Virus record (IMG/VR): IMGVR_UViG_3300021964_000016
Reading direction: 5' to 3' (one strand)
Length of the DNA: 64,000 nucleotides
Source: a virus
Shown here: piece after piece, positions 37,904 through 47,547 of the stretch
Numbering within the stretch: the stretch's first letter is position 1
Layout: every line of letters starts with the position of its first letter
Position numbers and translations under genes: made by a program
The notes under the pieces: generated by a model
What the model saw: the letters and a program-made list of their open reading frames with translations, nothing else
Told to the model about the DNA's origin: nothing
The model's database searches: none

Positions 37904-38765
37904 GAAATTCTCTTTTCTTCTCTCCGCGAGACTTATCGTACTTTGTATTCATCCAACCTTTATACTCTCCTGGATTCCAAACGAAAGGAGGGAAGTTGAA
38001 GTTTCTAGAATCTAGGATCTCTTCAACACTAGGTCCGTCATTCAGAGCAGCATCAATAAATGCTTCAGCAAATATAAACTGATCTTCAATCTGTTTGCGA
38101 TCAGTTGTAGACCTGAAGCAACGGAACTCGATAGTACCAGTGTGCTTCATACAATAGGTGTTGATTGCATGGCGGAAAGGGCGACCCATTGAAACACCGT
38201 CCTTACCTGCTGCATGAAGTTTGATGAAGTGATCAAAATCTTCTGCAAGGTTTATGATGTTGTCACACATATAATCTGGCATTAGTCGACCGCCATCATA
38301 CTTCAAGTAAGTCTTTGAACCTTTGAGTATTTTCATCTCTGGTCTCTGACCAAATTGGTAACAAGACTCAACGGTTAGTTCTTGATTCTCTTTTATGTAT
38401 GCAATCAGTCGCTTTAAACCGTCAACATCTTCTTTCAGTCCAGGGACATAAACATGAAGGTGTCCATGATTGACGCAAGAGGCAGATGGTTTGTCTCCAT
38501 TCGCAACAAACAAATCATGTATCTCCATGATTCGATCTACTTGTTGTTGCCAAGTGCTTGTAGGTTTTGTATTGACTTCTCCACCGACAGGTGGTTCTAA
38601 TCCAAGAGGGTCGCAAGCAACAAACCTGTATGGTTCGTGAATGTTCACAATATCCGTTTCTGCATGTTCCCACGATCCAAGGTGCTCTGGAATTTCCAAA
38701 GTTCGGTCAATGTCACCCCATTCAATCTCATATCCATAAGTAAAGTCTTTTGGATTATAATTCAT
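37890..38765 (-). CDS. amidoligase (COOH-NH2 ligase, glutamine-synthetase-like fold)
   Basis: TYGYEIEW, GGEVNT, HGHLHV and TIEFRCF. Confidence 0.78.
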   Translation of the reverse strand: MNYNPKDFTYGYEIEWGDIDRTLEIPEHLGSWEHAETDIVNIHEPYRFVACDPLGLEPPVGGEVNTKPTSTWQQQVDRIMEIHDLFVANGDKPSASCVNHGHLHVYVPGLKEDVDGLKRLIAYIKENQELTVESCYQFGQRPEMKILKGSKTYLKYDGGRLMPDYMCDNIINLAEDFDHFIKLHAAGKDGVSMGRPFRHAINTYCMKHTGTIEFRCFRSTTDRKQIEDQFIFAEAFIDAALNDGPSVEEILDSRNFNFPPFVWNPGEYKGWMNTKYDKSRGEKKREFHEVA

Positions 38766-39433
38766 TGCAAGTCCTCCAGGTCAGGGTCGAAGAATCTCCT
38801 ATCTTCGTATAACCCACCATAATTACTGTAAGTGTATTTCACAAGAGGTTCGCATTTTTCTACATGACCTTCGATGCGAGACCTTCTAATTATATCTTCT
38901 GTTGAAGCAAAGATAAGACCGTTATCTCTTGGTGCCATCCAAAGAGGACGTTCATGATTTCTCCAACCATGTAGAACTCCATCTTCTATAGCGACGCATG
39001 CCATACTTCGGTGTTTGTAAACCTCAAGAGGAGTATCACCTGCCTCAATACATCGAAGTATCAATTCAGAATCATTTAAAGTCTCTGTTTCGTATTCCCA
39101 AATGTCTGGGTCTTGAGAGATAACTCCGTTGTGTGCGATAGAAATTTCTTTGCCTTGAAACGGTTGATTGTAACGTAGATCCGAAGTAGAGTATCGAGTA
39201 TGCCCTATACACAATAGAGTATCTCCGTCAACCCAATCTTCAACCGTGGTATGTCTGCCAAGGAAAAGGTAAGAGGAAGTTGGTTCTTTAATTGTATTGA
39301 ATTTACCGTCTTTGAAAAAGGTGACGCCAGTGGCATGTTTCCCGCGAATCATTGATTCTAAGAAAAGGTTACTAACTAATCCGCAATCAGCAGGAGTAAC
39401 ATCAGTGAGGTATACACCAATCACTCCGCACAT
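38762..39433 (-). CDS. class II (Ntn) glutamine amidotransferase domain protein
   Basis: MCGVIG N-terminal Cys, RG, GHTRYST, HNG, DSE and RPL. Confidence 0.88.
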   Translation of the reverse strand: MCGVIGVYLTDVTPADCGLVSNLFLESMIRGKHATGVTFFKDGKFNTIKEPTSSYLFLGRHTTVEDWVDGDTLLCIGHTRYSTSDLRYNQPFQGKEISIAHNGVISQDPDIWEYETETLNDSELILRCIEAGDTPLEVYKHRSMACVAIEDGVLHGWRNHERPLWMAPRDNGLIFASTEDIIRRSRIEGHVEKCEPLVKYTYSNYGGLYEDRRFFDPDLEDLQ

Positions 39434-40833
39434 TAAAAGAAATCCTCTAATGAACCAGCAACTTCAAATGCTTTAGGATGATACTGACGAACCATCGACT
39501 CGCCGCCTTCAACAGTCAACCAATCATACCACTCTTGTTCGTCCCACATGGAAGGCGATACACCATTCCAATATGGACGCCACAGTGGGTGTTCTTCATT
39601 CTTGCGGCGAGCGTCAACATAGGCACGACGCAGGTGCTCATACTCCCAACTACCCAACTTCGCCATATCCTCACGGAAATAAAATACGAGAGACATGCGC
39701 ATCAGGTCATCTTCACCAGTATCAGGTGCTTCGATTGGAGTGTTACCGTGGATAACTCGCATGTTGTCGACGAGCAACAGGTCACCAGGTCGGACATTAA
39801 TAGCAGCACGAACTTCAGGGCAAACGAGGTATCCGCCTTTCCAGTTTTTCTTGCCATCACTGATTACCGTCAAGTTAGAATAACCTTCGTTCAAAGAACC
39901 AGCATCGCGATGGCATGCCATACGAGCATTGCGATCTTTGGTGGTAGTATTGACAGTGATTGTGGTGAAAGTAGTATCTTCGCCAATCAGAAACTTTGGG
40001 TCAACTTTATCCGCCCATTTCTTTTGACGAGAATGACGAACAGGGAGTAATTCTGCGAAAGTTTTTTCTAGTTTCCTTGCGAACGGATAGCACTTTTCAA
40101 ACGTTTCTCTATGGTGATCAGTATACGCTGTAGCGCGACCATAAGGTATGCGAGGATAACGACCATAGAACCCAGCGATACCACTCCAAATAGCAGTGGC
40201 ATAAGAAGTATCTGAAATAAAATCTGTTTTAATTTTTTTAGCATATGCTTTTGCCTCTTCAAGAGGCATGGACTTCAATTTCTCCTCTAGTTTAGGGAAG
40301 AAATTTTTGTAGTCTCCGAACTCTGGTTCCACTTTGGTGCGTAACCAAACACCACCGCGAATCTCATCCTTATTTATATTTGCAAATTCAACGAGTGGAT
40401 CTGAACCATCGATACTCGGTGGTTGTCCTTTTGCATACCAATCAAGTACATTAGATTGGTAAATAGTCACCCAATCTCTCCCGCCCTGAGTTTCTTCTCT
40501 TGGACCTGCTGCTAGACCACGGTTATTTGATTCTACTGCTGCACCATACAAACCCTCAAAAGCACCGTCTTGTTCTTCTTGAGTGAAAACATTCTTACGA
40601 AACTTAAAAGCAATAAGATCTTCATCATGTGTTTCTTCAGTTATATCGCTAGAAGGAAGATAAAAGTCTGTATCCTCTTCTATTAACAAGTCGTAAGAAG
40701 TTTCGTCCGCATAAGTACCAAGAACAGCATCATCCGATTCAAGAAACTGTGCGACGTAAACATCTTGACCTTGATCGCCTTTGTATTTCTTCCATTGGCG
40801 ACCTGAAATATTAATCAATTCCATGAAGAACAC
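39433..40833 (-). CDS. TET/JBP-family 2OG-Fe(II) 5-methylpyrimidine dioxygenase
   Basis: FTTITVN, HRDAG (HxD), HGNTPI and RMSLVFYFRE; C-terminal SLEDFF. Confidence 0.82.
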   Translation of the reverse strand: MFFMELINISGRQWKKYKGDQGQDVYVAQFLESDDAVLGTYADETSYDLLIEEDTDFYLPSSDITEETHDEDLIAFKFRKNVFTQEEQDGAFEGLYGAAVESNNRGLAAGPREETQGGRDWVTIYQSNVLDWYAKGQPPSIDGSDPLVEFANINKDEIRGGVWLRTKVEPEFGDYKNFFPKLEEKLKSMPLEEAKAYAKKIKTDFISDTSYATAIWSGIAGFYGRYPRIPYGRATAYTDHHRETFEKCYPFARKLEKTFAELLPVRHSRQKKWADKVDPKFLIGEDTTFTTITVNTTTKDRNARMACHRDAGSLNEGYSNLTVISDGKKNWKGGYLVCPEVRAAINVRPGDLLLVDNMRVIHGNTPIEAPDTGEDDLMRMSLVFYFREDMAKLGSWEYEHLRRAYVDARRKNEEHPLWRPYWNGVSPSMWDEQEWYDWLTVEGGESMVRQYHPKAFEVAGSLEDFF

Positions 40834-40993
40834 CGTTCACATATATCATACTATCTACCATCGTGTATTTGTTCTTGTTAGTTACCAATGAATAACCGTT
40901 AAAATCAAGAACCTTTTCTTTTCCTTTATCTTGTATTTCTTTCTTCAACTCTACAAGAGAGTTATACCTTTTTCTTTTTAACTTGTGCACCAA
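40811..40993 (-). CDS. small hypothetical protein
   Basis: 60-aa basic ORF coupled to the TET/JBP gene. Confidence 0.55.
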   Translation of the reverse strand: MVHKLKRKRYNSLVELKKEIQDKGKEKVLDFNGYSLVTNKNKYTMVDSMIYVNGVLHGID

Positions 40994-41000
40994 TTATAAC

Positions 41001-41510
41001 CTATTTTCTTTTTTTAGTCAAGTATTCGTTCCCGTGTGAGGCATGTGGACCATTGGCATCAACATAGTGGAGGAAAGACTGATATACAAAGTCAGCAGGG
41101 TTCTCTTCTCTCCAATGCTCAACATCACAACCACGATAAATCACTGCGTCTCCTTGTTTCATCAAAACAGAACCTCCCTCCCAGAAAAACTCCCAAGGAA
41201 CTTGCACGTTTTTTAGGTTTATGGTAACTGAAACTTCGCAAGAAGGTCTATCGGCATGACGGCGAAGGATATTATCTTTTTTATATATCCTACAATAATC
41301 ATATGTGGGTACCAATTCTATGCCAGTTATTTCAGACATCTTATCACAACAGTCTTCGAGTAAGTCCCAGTGTAACCCATACCATGCCCAAGAATTAGGA
41401 ACTTGAGTATCGTCTGTCCTAGAAATCACCTTATTATCGTCCATACGAGAAGCGTGCTTCTCAGCGACTTCTTTCTCTATAAAATTCGGAACATAAGTTG
41501 CTAATTTCAT
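41001..41510 (-). CDS. 2OG-Fe(II) oxygenase
   Basis: HADRPSCEVS, GDAVIYRG..HWR and FLHY. Confidence 0.82.
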   Translation of the reverse strand: MKLATYVPNFIEKEVAEKHASRMDDNKVISRTDDTQVPNSWAWYGLHWDLLEDCCDKMSEITGIELVPTYDYCRIYKKDNILRRHADRPSCEVSVTINLKNVQVPWEFFWEGGSVLMKQGDAVIYRGCDVEHWREENPADFVYQSFLHYVDANGPHASHGNEYLTKKRK

Positions 41511-43225
41511 TTCTTGATCTTAGAGAAGTTTTTATCTTTGACGAATTCTATTTTAGCGTCAAACTTGCCATCTAGAATATCACCCTTATGAGAAATAATA
41601 AAGACGTTTGTATCATCTCCAAGGGTATGTATTATCTTCATTAGGTTTTCAATACCTGCTTCGTCAAGTGAAGAGTCGAAGGTCTCGTCCAGTATCAAAA
41701 GATTTGTGCTGATCGAGTTCTTCATCTTGGCAACTTGACGCCAAGTAAAGAGAAGTGCTAAGTCTATTCTCTGTTTCTCGCCTTCAGAGAAAGAATCGTA
41801 AGAAAATGAATCACGGTGGCGAGAACGTATTGTTTCTGAAAAAGATTCGTCTAGGTCAAAGTGAACATAGAAGTCAAGAATAGACAAATACTGGTTGACC
41901 AATTTGTTGATCACTGGAAGGTATTGTTTAATGATCTTGGTTTTGATACCAGTATCTTTTAGCATCTCTGATATGACAGTATTGTATGCTGCCTGATCAT
42001 TCTGTTTATTTTTCGTTTGCATCAATTCATGATATTCTTTCACCAGAACATCGTAGTCGTCGTTTGCTTTTGCAAGATCTGACTTCTCGTCACTAAGATC
42101 TTTTATGTCCCATTCAAGTTCTTCAATATCATATTTTATCCTTTCGATGTTTTCATCGTTATCAAACATCTTTCGACTAACTTCAACCAGTTCTTGTGAC
42201 TTTTCTACCCAATGATCTAATTCTTTTGTTGCTTCTGCTTGTTTCTCTGTGATTTCAGTAAGAGATGATTGAAACTCTGACGCTGAGACTTTTGCTTGCT
42301 CGAGTTTACTCTTCTTGAGTTGTTCGTCGATGTCTTGCTCGCAGGTCGGGCACGTTTCGTTTTTCTCATAGAATTTGGTCTCTTTTACCAATGCTTTTAT
42401 TTTAGTGAGGATTTCAGTATTAGAATTCTGTAATTCTGAAACCAAAGAGTATGCATTTTTGCGCTTTTCAGCAGTATTATCAGAAAACTCTTGAAGATAC
42501 TTTCTTTTCTCGTTATTGTCCTTTTGAAGATCGTCAATCAAATCCTGCTTCTGCTTGATCTGTTCTTCAATCTTTTTCTTTTCATCATGTTTTATTTTAG
42601 ATATATCACGGATGTACTTTTTTTGTGCTTCCGTTTTGGTTTCGTTTATTTCAATGTCGTGTAACGTTTGATTTATTTTCTCTCGTAACGTAGCATTCTT
42701 TTCTTTTAGAAGAGAATTCATTTTAGAAAAAACGTTAATGTCTAGCAAATCTTCGATAACTTCTCTTCGATTGAATGCAGACAATTGCATGAAGGGTATG
42801 AACGAAGAAGAACCAAGAACAACAACTTGATGGAAAGTTTTATGATTTAGTTTAAGTATGTTCTGTTCAAGAATCTTCTGATACTCTTTGTTGTGTGAGT
42901 TTTGGTTCATAAGAACCCCATCAGCATAGATCTCAAACTTTACTGGTTTTAATCCTCTAACAACTTTATATTTTTTATTACCAATAGAGAAATCTACTTC
43001 AACTCTCATTGCCTTTTGGTTTACAGAATTAACCAGTTGCCCTTTGTTTATTCCTCTATGCGGTTTTCCAAATAATGCGTATGACACGGCGTCTAGCATT
43101 GTAGACTTACCAGAACCATTCTGCCCCACAATCAACGTGTGGTTAGCATTATTCAATTGTATTTCTGTCCAATTGTCGCCAGTAGAAAGAAAGTTTTTGT
43201 AACGTATAGATTTAAAAATTATCAA
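41507..43225 (-). CDS. 46: recombination endonuclease ATPase subunit (gp46, Rad50-like)
   Basis: GQNGSGKS, CPTC zinc hook, FSEGE and LDETFD. Confidence 0.95.
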   Translation of the reverse strand: MIIFKSIRYKNFLSTGDNWTEIQLNNANHTLIVGQNGSGKSTMLDAVSYALFGKPHRGINKGQLVNSVNQKAMRVEVDFSIGNKKYKVVRGLKPVKFEIYADGVLMNQNSHNKEYQKILEQNILKLNHKTFHQVVVLGSSSFIPFMQLSAFNRREVIEDLLDINVFSKMNSLLKEKNATLREKINQTLHDIEINETKTEAQKKYIRDISKIKHDEKKKIEEQIKQKQDLIDDLQKDNNEKRKYLQEFSDNTAEKRKNAYSLVSELQNSNTEILTKIKALVKETKFYEKNETCPTCEQDIDEQLKKSKLEQAKVSASEFQSSLTEITEKQAEATKELDHWVEKSQELVEVSRKMFDNDENIERIKYDIEELEWDIKDLSDEKSDLAKANDDYDVLVKEYHELMQTKNKQNDQAAYNTVISEMLKDTGIKTKIIKQYLPVINKLVNQYLSILDFYVHFDLDESFSETIRSRHRDSFSYDSFSEGEKQRIDLALLFTWRQVAKMKNSISTNLLILDETFDSSLDEAGIENLMKIIHTLGDDTNVFIISHKGDILDGKFDAKIEFVKDKNFSKIKK

Positions 43226-43446
43226 AGTGGAAATCTCTCTCTCAATTCTTCGAATCCGCCAATATACTCACCGTCAACATAAACCTGAGGAATTTTTAAA
43301 TTCGGTTTATATTTTTCGTCTTTCTGAAACTTTGTTTTGCTTAGATCTATAAAGAAAGTCTTAAATCCAAGTGCCTCAAAATGCAGTAGGCACCTTAAAG
43401 TGTGTCCACACCATGCATACCCAACAACATGGATCACAAATCTCAC
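43222..43446 (-). CDS. glutaredoxin-like protein
   Basis: WCGHT active-site position and IPQVYVDGEYIGGFEEL. Confidence 0.7.
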   Translation of the reverse strand: MRFVIHVVGYAWCGHTLRCLLHFEALGFKTFFIDLSKTKFQKDEKYKPNLKIPQVYVDGEYIGGFEELRERFPL

Positions 43447-44504
43447 GCAATCTCCATTGATTGTGCTTCTGTCATTAAGTCCGAAACCTCTTTTTTAATC
43501 CGTTCTTTATCTAAAAGAGTTTCAACGTTATCGATGTAAGATCCAAGTAAGACACTAGTATCTTCTACATCCAAACCTTCATCAGAAACGTTTTCTCCCA
43601 GAAACTCTGAGAAGTCTTCCTGTACTTTTAGATCATAAATTTCTCTTTGTTGTATACGATCCAAAAATCTATCAAATGTGAAAGGGTCGTTTTTATTAAT
43701 AACAACGACTTTAACAAATTTTTGATCGAGGTGATCAATTTCAAGTTTGTTATAGTCAGCAACTTCATCATCGTAATAAATTTTTTCATGAAGAGTTAAT
43801 GGGTTTTGTACAGGGATCAGTTCTCTTGTCTCTGTATCGAGTATGTGGAAATACTTTGGGTCGTTTGCATCGTTCCAAAAGAATTCCATCTGGGAACCAA
43901 GATAGTGAATATTGTCTTGACTAGACTTACAATGATAGTGTCCTGAAAGCACCAACTCAAATCTACGAAGGTTGTCAGCAGACATACCATGAGTACAAGG
44001 AACTCCGCGAATCATATCAAACCCGTTTAATTCAAAGTGTCCTCCGATAACATCTGCTTTACAGTTTACAAGGAAATCATTTATCTCTTTTTCATTATCT
44101 TGACAAATCCAAGGAACTAGACCAACCTTCAACCCATCATAATCAAGGACGCTTGGGTCCATCACAATATTAACTTCGTTCATGTAATGACCCAACAACT
44201 CTTTTAAAGAATTTAGGTCATTCGTATTTTTGTAATAAGTGTCATGATTACCTGGGATTATATCCATAGTAATTCCATCAGAACGAAGTCTCTCAAGAAA
44301 AACCTTCCGATTGCTATTCAGTGCTTTAAAATTGATGAAACGACGATGTTCATAGTAATCACCAAGATGGATGATATGCTTGATGTGGTTTTCTTTTAGA
44401 TAAGGGAAGAACACTTCAGTATAGAAGCGTTCTTGATAATCAATAAAGATGTCTGACGAATTACGAATACCACAATGAGTATCGTTTAAAATTGCTATGC
44501 GCAT
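43443..44504 (-). CDS. 47: recombination endonuclease nuclease subunit (gp47, Mre11-like)
   Basis: DTH, GD, GNHD and SGHYH phosphoesterase motifs. Confidence 0.95.
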   Translation of the reverse strand: MRIAILNDTHCGIRNSSDIFIDYQERFYTEVFFPYLKENHIKHIIHLGDYYEHRRFINFKALNSNRKVFLERLRSDGITMDIIPGNHDTYYKNTNDLNSLKELLGHYMNEVNIVMDPSVLDYDGLKVGLVPWICQDNEKEINDFLVNCKADVIGGHFELNGFDMIRGVPCTHGMSADNLRRFELVLSGHYHCKSSQDNIHYLGSQMEFFWNDANDPKYFHILDTETRELIPVQNPLTLHEKIYYDDEVADYNKLEIDHLDQKFVKVVVINKNDPFTFDRFLDRIQQREIYDLKVQEDFSEFLGENVSDEGLDVEDTSVLLGSYIDNVETLLDKERIKKEVSDLMTEAQSMEIA

Positions 44505-45092
44505 TTATTCCTCGAGAAAATCTGAAAGGTCTGAATCTATAGAAACTTTTCTTTTGTTCGAAAGGGTCTTTTTATATTGCTTTATTTTTTCGTCTTTTTC
44601 TTTTACGTCGTCAATCCTTCTACGAAGATTGTCAACAAAGGATTGAACTGCTTTTGCAACTTGAGGATCTTCATCTGGGTCGACCATAAATTCCTCTATT
44701 GCGGATTCTGATAAGAACTTCAATTTAACATCCTGCTGCTTCTTTTCTTTCTGAATACGGCGAAGGAAAGCATACCAAGAGATCTGAGTGAAATATCCAA
44801 ACGCATTTGGTTTACCTTTTCGAGTCGCCGCATCGATATCGTAGTTCTTTACAGCACGAAGGCAGTTCTCTACAGCATCCATTACCATCTCTTCACGATA
44901 GGTGTAGCGAACAAAGTTAGACTTGTGAGAAAGACCCTCTGCGATCTTAAGGAAACACTCTGCAACATAGTTCGGCATAACTGGTTCAGGGTTGTTTTTC
45001 GTTTCTGCTTCCCGTACAGATTTTACATAGTCAACCACTGCTTGCGAGAAATCAGCATTATTAACATAATGCGGGCGTTCATTAGGTTTCAT
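44505..45092 (-). CDS. 55: late-transcription sigma factor (gp55)
   Basis: HYVNN, YTYREEMVMDAVENC and NAFGYFTQI..AFLRRI..EKKQ. Confidence 0.95.
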   Translation of the reverse strand: MKPNERPHYVNNADFSQAVVDYVKSVREAETKNNPEPVMPNYVAECFLKIAEGLSHKSNFVRYTYREEMVMDAVENCLRAVKNYDIDAATRKGKPNAFGYFTQISWYAFLRRIQKEKKQQDVKLKFLSESAIEEFMVDPDEDPQVAKAVQSFVDNLRRRIDDVKEKDEKIKQYKKTLSNKRKVSIDSDLSDFLEE

Positions 45093-45121
45093 AACAACTC
45101 CAATTAAATAAGTAAAGAACT

Positions 45122-45150
45122 ATTATACAACAAGTAGATTGAAAAGTCAA
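45122..45150 (-). promoter_or_regulatory. sigma70-like promoter for gp55
   Basis: TTGACT-N17-TATAAT. Confidence 0.7.
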
Positions 45151-45539
45151 TCTTCTGTAAGAAGTCCTTTCTTGGAAGGAAATGACAAAACATTGCTGGT
45201 CTTACACTCAACCTCAGATCCGCCCTTTCCTAAGTGCTCTTGTATGGAGACTACAGAGTTTGAGTACTGCTCGACGACTGTGTCAGAGGGGGTATGAATT
45301 GAGATAACAGAGAAAGGATTGATCGAAACCGTCCTTTCCAAATCTTCAGTATATTGAATATAAGGACGAAGTATATAATATGACTTACCATTATTATCAT
45401 ATTCATCTTCTATATTCTCAATAGGAACCATATCTAAAGCGAAGTTAACAATGAAACTGTCTTCAGATTGTTCAATAACGCAGGCAATAACATCTTGCCC
45501 ATTACAAAGTTTAAATTGTACTATATCTTCTTTTTTCAT
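45147..45539 (-). CDS. hypothetical protein between uvsW and gp55
   Basis: QFKLCNGQDVIA N-terminus; position typical of T4-like genomes. Confidence 0.65.
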   Translation of the reverse strand: MKKEDIVQFKLCNGQDVIACVIEQSEDSFIVNFALDMVPIENIEDEYDNNGKSYYILRPYIQYTEDLERTVSINPFSVISIHTPSDTVVEQYSNSVVSIQEHLGKGGSEVECKTSNVLSFPSKKGLLTED

Positions 45540-47002
45540 AAAACCACCTTATGTAGTTCGAAGTCAAACTTTTCTTTGGTATACATTTTGATCCTTTCCC
45601 CAGCATGCTTCAGGGTGAAGTTTTGCCTAGAATGATACTGCATATCATCGGAAAGATCGTATAGTTTTGTGTCCTGTCCGTTATCTGCTTTCCTCAATCC
45701 TCTTCCGATTGATTGGAGGACTTTGACTTGGGATTTTGAAGGACTAGCAAAAATAATGTTATGCAGATTCCTAATGTTAATCCCAGTACTAAATGTACCA
45801 AGAGAGGCGACGATAATTGCTCCGTCTTGTTTCTCCACGATACCTCGTATTGCTTCGCGGTCTGAGGTATCAGTCCCACCGTGAACATAATAGACTTTAT
45901 CGCTTTGTACTTCTTTAATCATTTTGTGAAGTATTTCTCCGTGTTTCTCCACGAACTGAAAAAGCACGAGAGTATTCCCCTTTTGAGTTACTGCCAAATT
46001 TCGTATAAACTTATTCCTAGGTTCATATGTCACAAGAAAATCTACTTCTTCTTGATATGTCAACTCTTTATTCATTATACGGGTTTCTTCTGAATAGTCA
46101 AGTAATAACATGTCTATCTTGAGTTTAGCGAGGGTTCCTTTGTCCTGTAGGTCTCTAGTAAAAGTAACCCTTTTAGTGGGACCAAATAAACCTTCAAGAA
46201 CAAGTTTGTGTACCTGAGACCCGTCTAGCGTTCCTGTAGTTCCGAATCTATACTCTGCTTCCGTACACTTATTCATTAAGGTGGTGAGGGACTTTGCTTT
46301 AAATAGATGACACTCGTCGCCAAACACACAACCAAACACATCAAACCAATCTTTGCCTAGTCTGTAAACCGATTGCCAAGTTGTGATCACTATTCTTTTG
46401 TCTGTTTTCTTGTCTTTGCCTGAGTAGATTATGTGACATTCATTCTCTGCATCAAACCCATAATCTTTAAAATCTTTGTACATCTGTTCAACCAAAGAGG
46501 TCGTGGGCACTACAATCAACACAGACTTATCGTTGTTCTCCAGATACCAACGCATAAGATTGTATATTATGAAAGATTTGCCAGAGCCAGTAGGAGAGAG
46601 CAGCACTGCTCTCTTTCTCTGTATTCCATGCGTGATAGCATCGTACTGATAATCACGAGGAGGAAATGGCATTTTCCAAAGTGCTTGCGAGGATACTAGT
46701 TTCTGGTGATCAACTTTATTAGTCGCATTCGGTAGTCCATAAGGCGAATGCTCCATTTGCATATGGTAGTGACGGTCTGCTGCAAAACGACAAAGTTTAG
46801 CATACAACCCAACATTAAGTTCGCAGGTTATGGGATTAAACAAACGAATCTTACCGTCCCACTGTTTGCGACGATAAGAAGGAATAAATTTATATCCAGG
46901 AACATAGAAAGAAAAGTATTCTTTGAGTTCTGCGCGAACAGAAGGATCACAGACTACTGCCATCATAGAATGATTTTGCATTTGAATGGTTATATTAGAC
47001 AT
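45536..47002 (-). CDS. uvsW: SF2 helicase UvsW
   Basis: PRDYQ, PTGSGKS, DECH and QSIGRGLR; start MSNITI at 47002. Confidence 0.95.
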   Translation of the reverse strand: MSNITIQMQNHSMMAVVCDPSVRAELKEYFSFYVPGYKFIPSYRRKQWDGKIRLFNPITCELNVGLYAKLCRFAADRHYHMQMEHSPYGLPNATNKVDHQKLVSSQALWKMPFPPRDYQYDAITHGIQRKRAVLLSPTGSGKSFIIYNLMRWYLENNDKSVLIVVPTTSLVEQMYKDFKDYGFDAENECHIIYSGKDKKTDKRIVITTWQSVYRLGKDWFDVFGCVFGDECHLFKAKSLTTLMNKCTEAEYRFGTTGTLDGSQVHKLVLEGLFGPTKRVTFTRDLQDKGTLAKLKIDMLLLDYSEETRIMNKELTYQEEVDFLVTYEPRNKFIRNLAVTQKGNTLVLFQFVEKHGEILHKMIKEVQSDKVYYVHGGTDTSDREAIRGIVEKQDGAIIVASLGTFSTGINIRNLHNIIFASPSKSQVKVLQSIGRGLRKADNGQDTKLYDLSDDMQYHSRQNFTLKHAGERIKMYTKEKFDFELHKVVL

Positions 47003-47348
47003 TTTCCCAAACAGCATCAGCGGTAAACCGATAACTTCCAATAAATTCGTATTTATCCCATTCCGAAGGAGAGATAATACTAAGGAAATGTCCACCTTCT
47101 TTTCTGTATAGGTGATATGTCTTACCAACTTTTGGTTCAAATCCATATGTGGACTTGTAAACAATGTCGGTTTCGTTAGCGAGTTTGACTAAACTTTCGT
47201 ACTGCTTCTGTAGTTCTTGAAACTTTCCTTCAAAGAAGTTTGCTGCTTGCGCACCTCTTTCGCTTTTGAAAAGATCTACATCAGGTAATACTATTGCTGG
47301 TGCTGAGGAAGTTATTCCATAAGGAAGTAAACTAGAACTATCAACCAT
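46995..47348 (-). CDS. DUF2452-like protein
   Basis: LPYG...APAI and FEPKVGKTYHLY...FLSIISP.EW. Confidence 0.65.
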   Translation of the reverse strand: MVDSSSLLPYGITSSAPAIVLPDVDLFKSERGAQAANFFEGKFQELQKQYESLVKLANETDIVYKSTYGFEPKVGKTYHLYRKEGGHFLSIISPSEWDKYEFIGSYRFTADAVWENV

Positions 47349-47547
47349 CGCCTGGAAAGTGCTTATAGATGGTGTCTATCTTTTCTTCTGCTTCGGCGAT
47401 CTTAGTTACTTGAGTTTCGATTGCCTCAACTATATCAGGATGTTCTCCGATACCAACAGAACTCTTTAGATAAACTTCTACGTTTGCCTGAGCGACTGCT
47501 ATCTCGCCCTCGAGTTTCTTGACTAATGCTTTTAGTAAGTGGTTCAT
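47341..47547 (-). CDS. hypothetical protein
   Basis: VGIGEHPDI motif; coupled to uvsY. Confidence 0.7.
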   Translation of the reverse strand: MNHLLKALVKKLEGEIAVAQANVEVYLKSSVGIGEHPDIVEAIETQVTKIAEAEEKIDTIYKHFPGDG

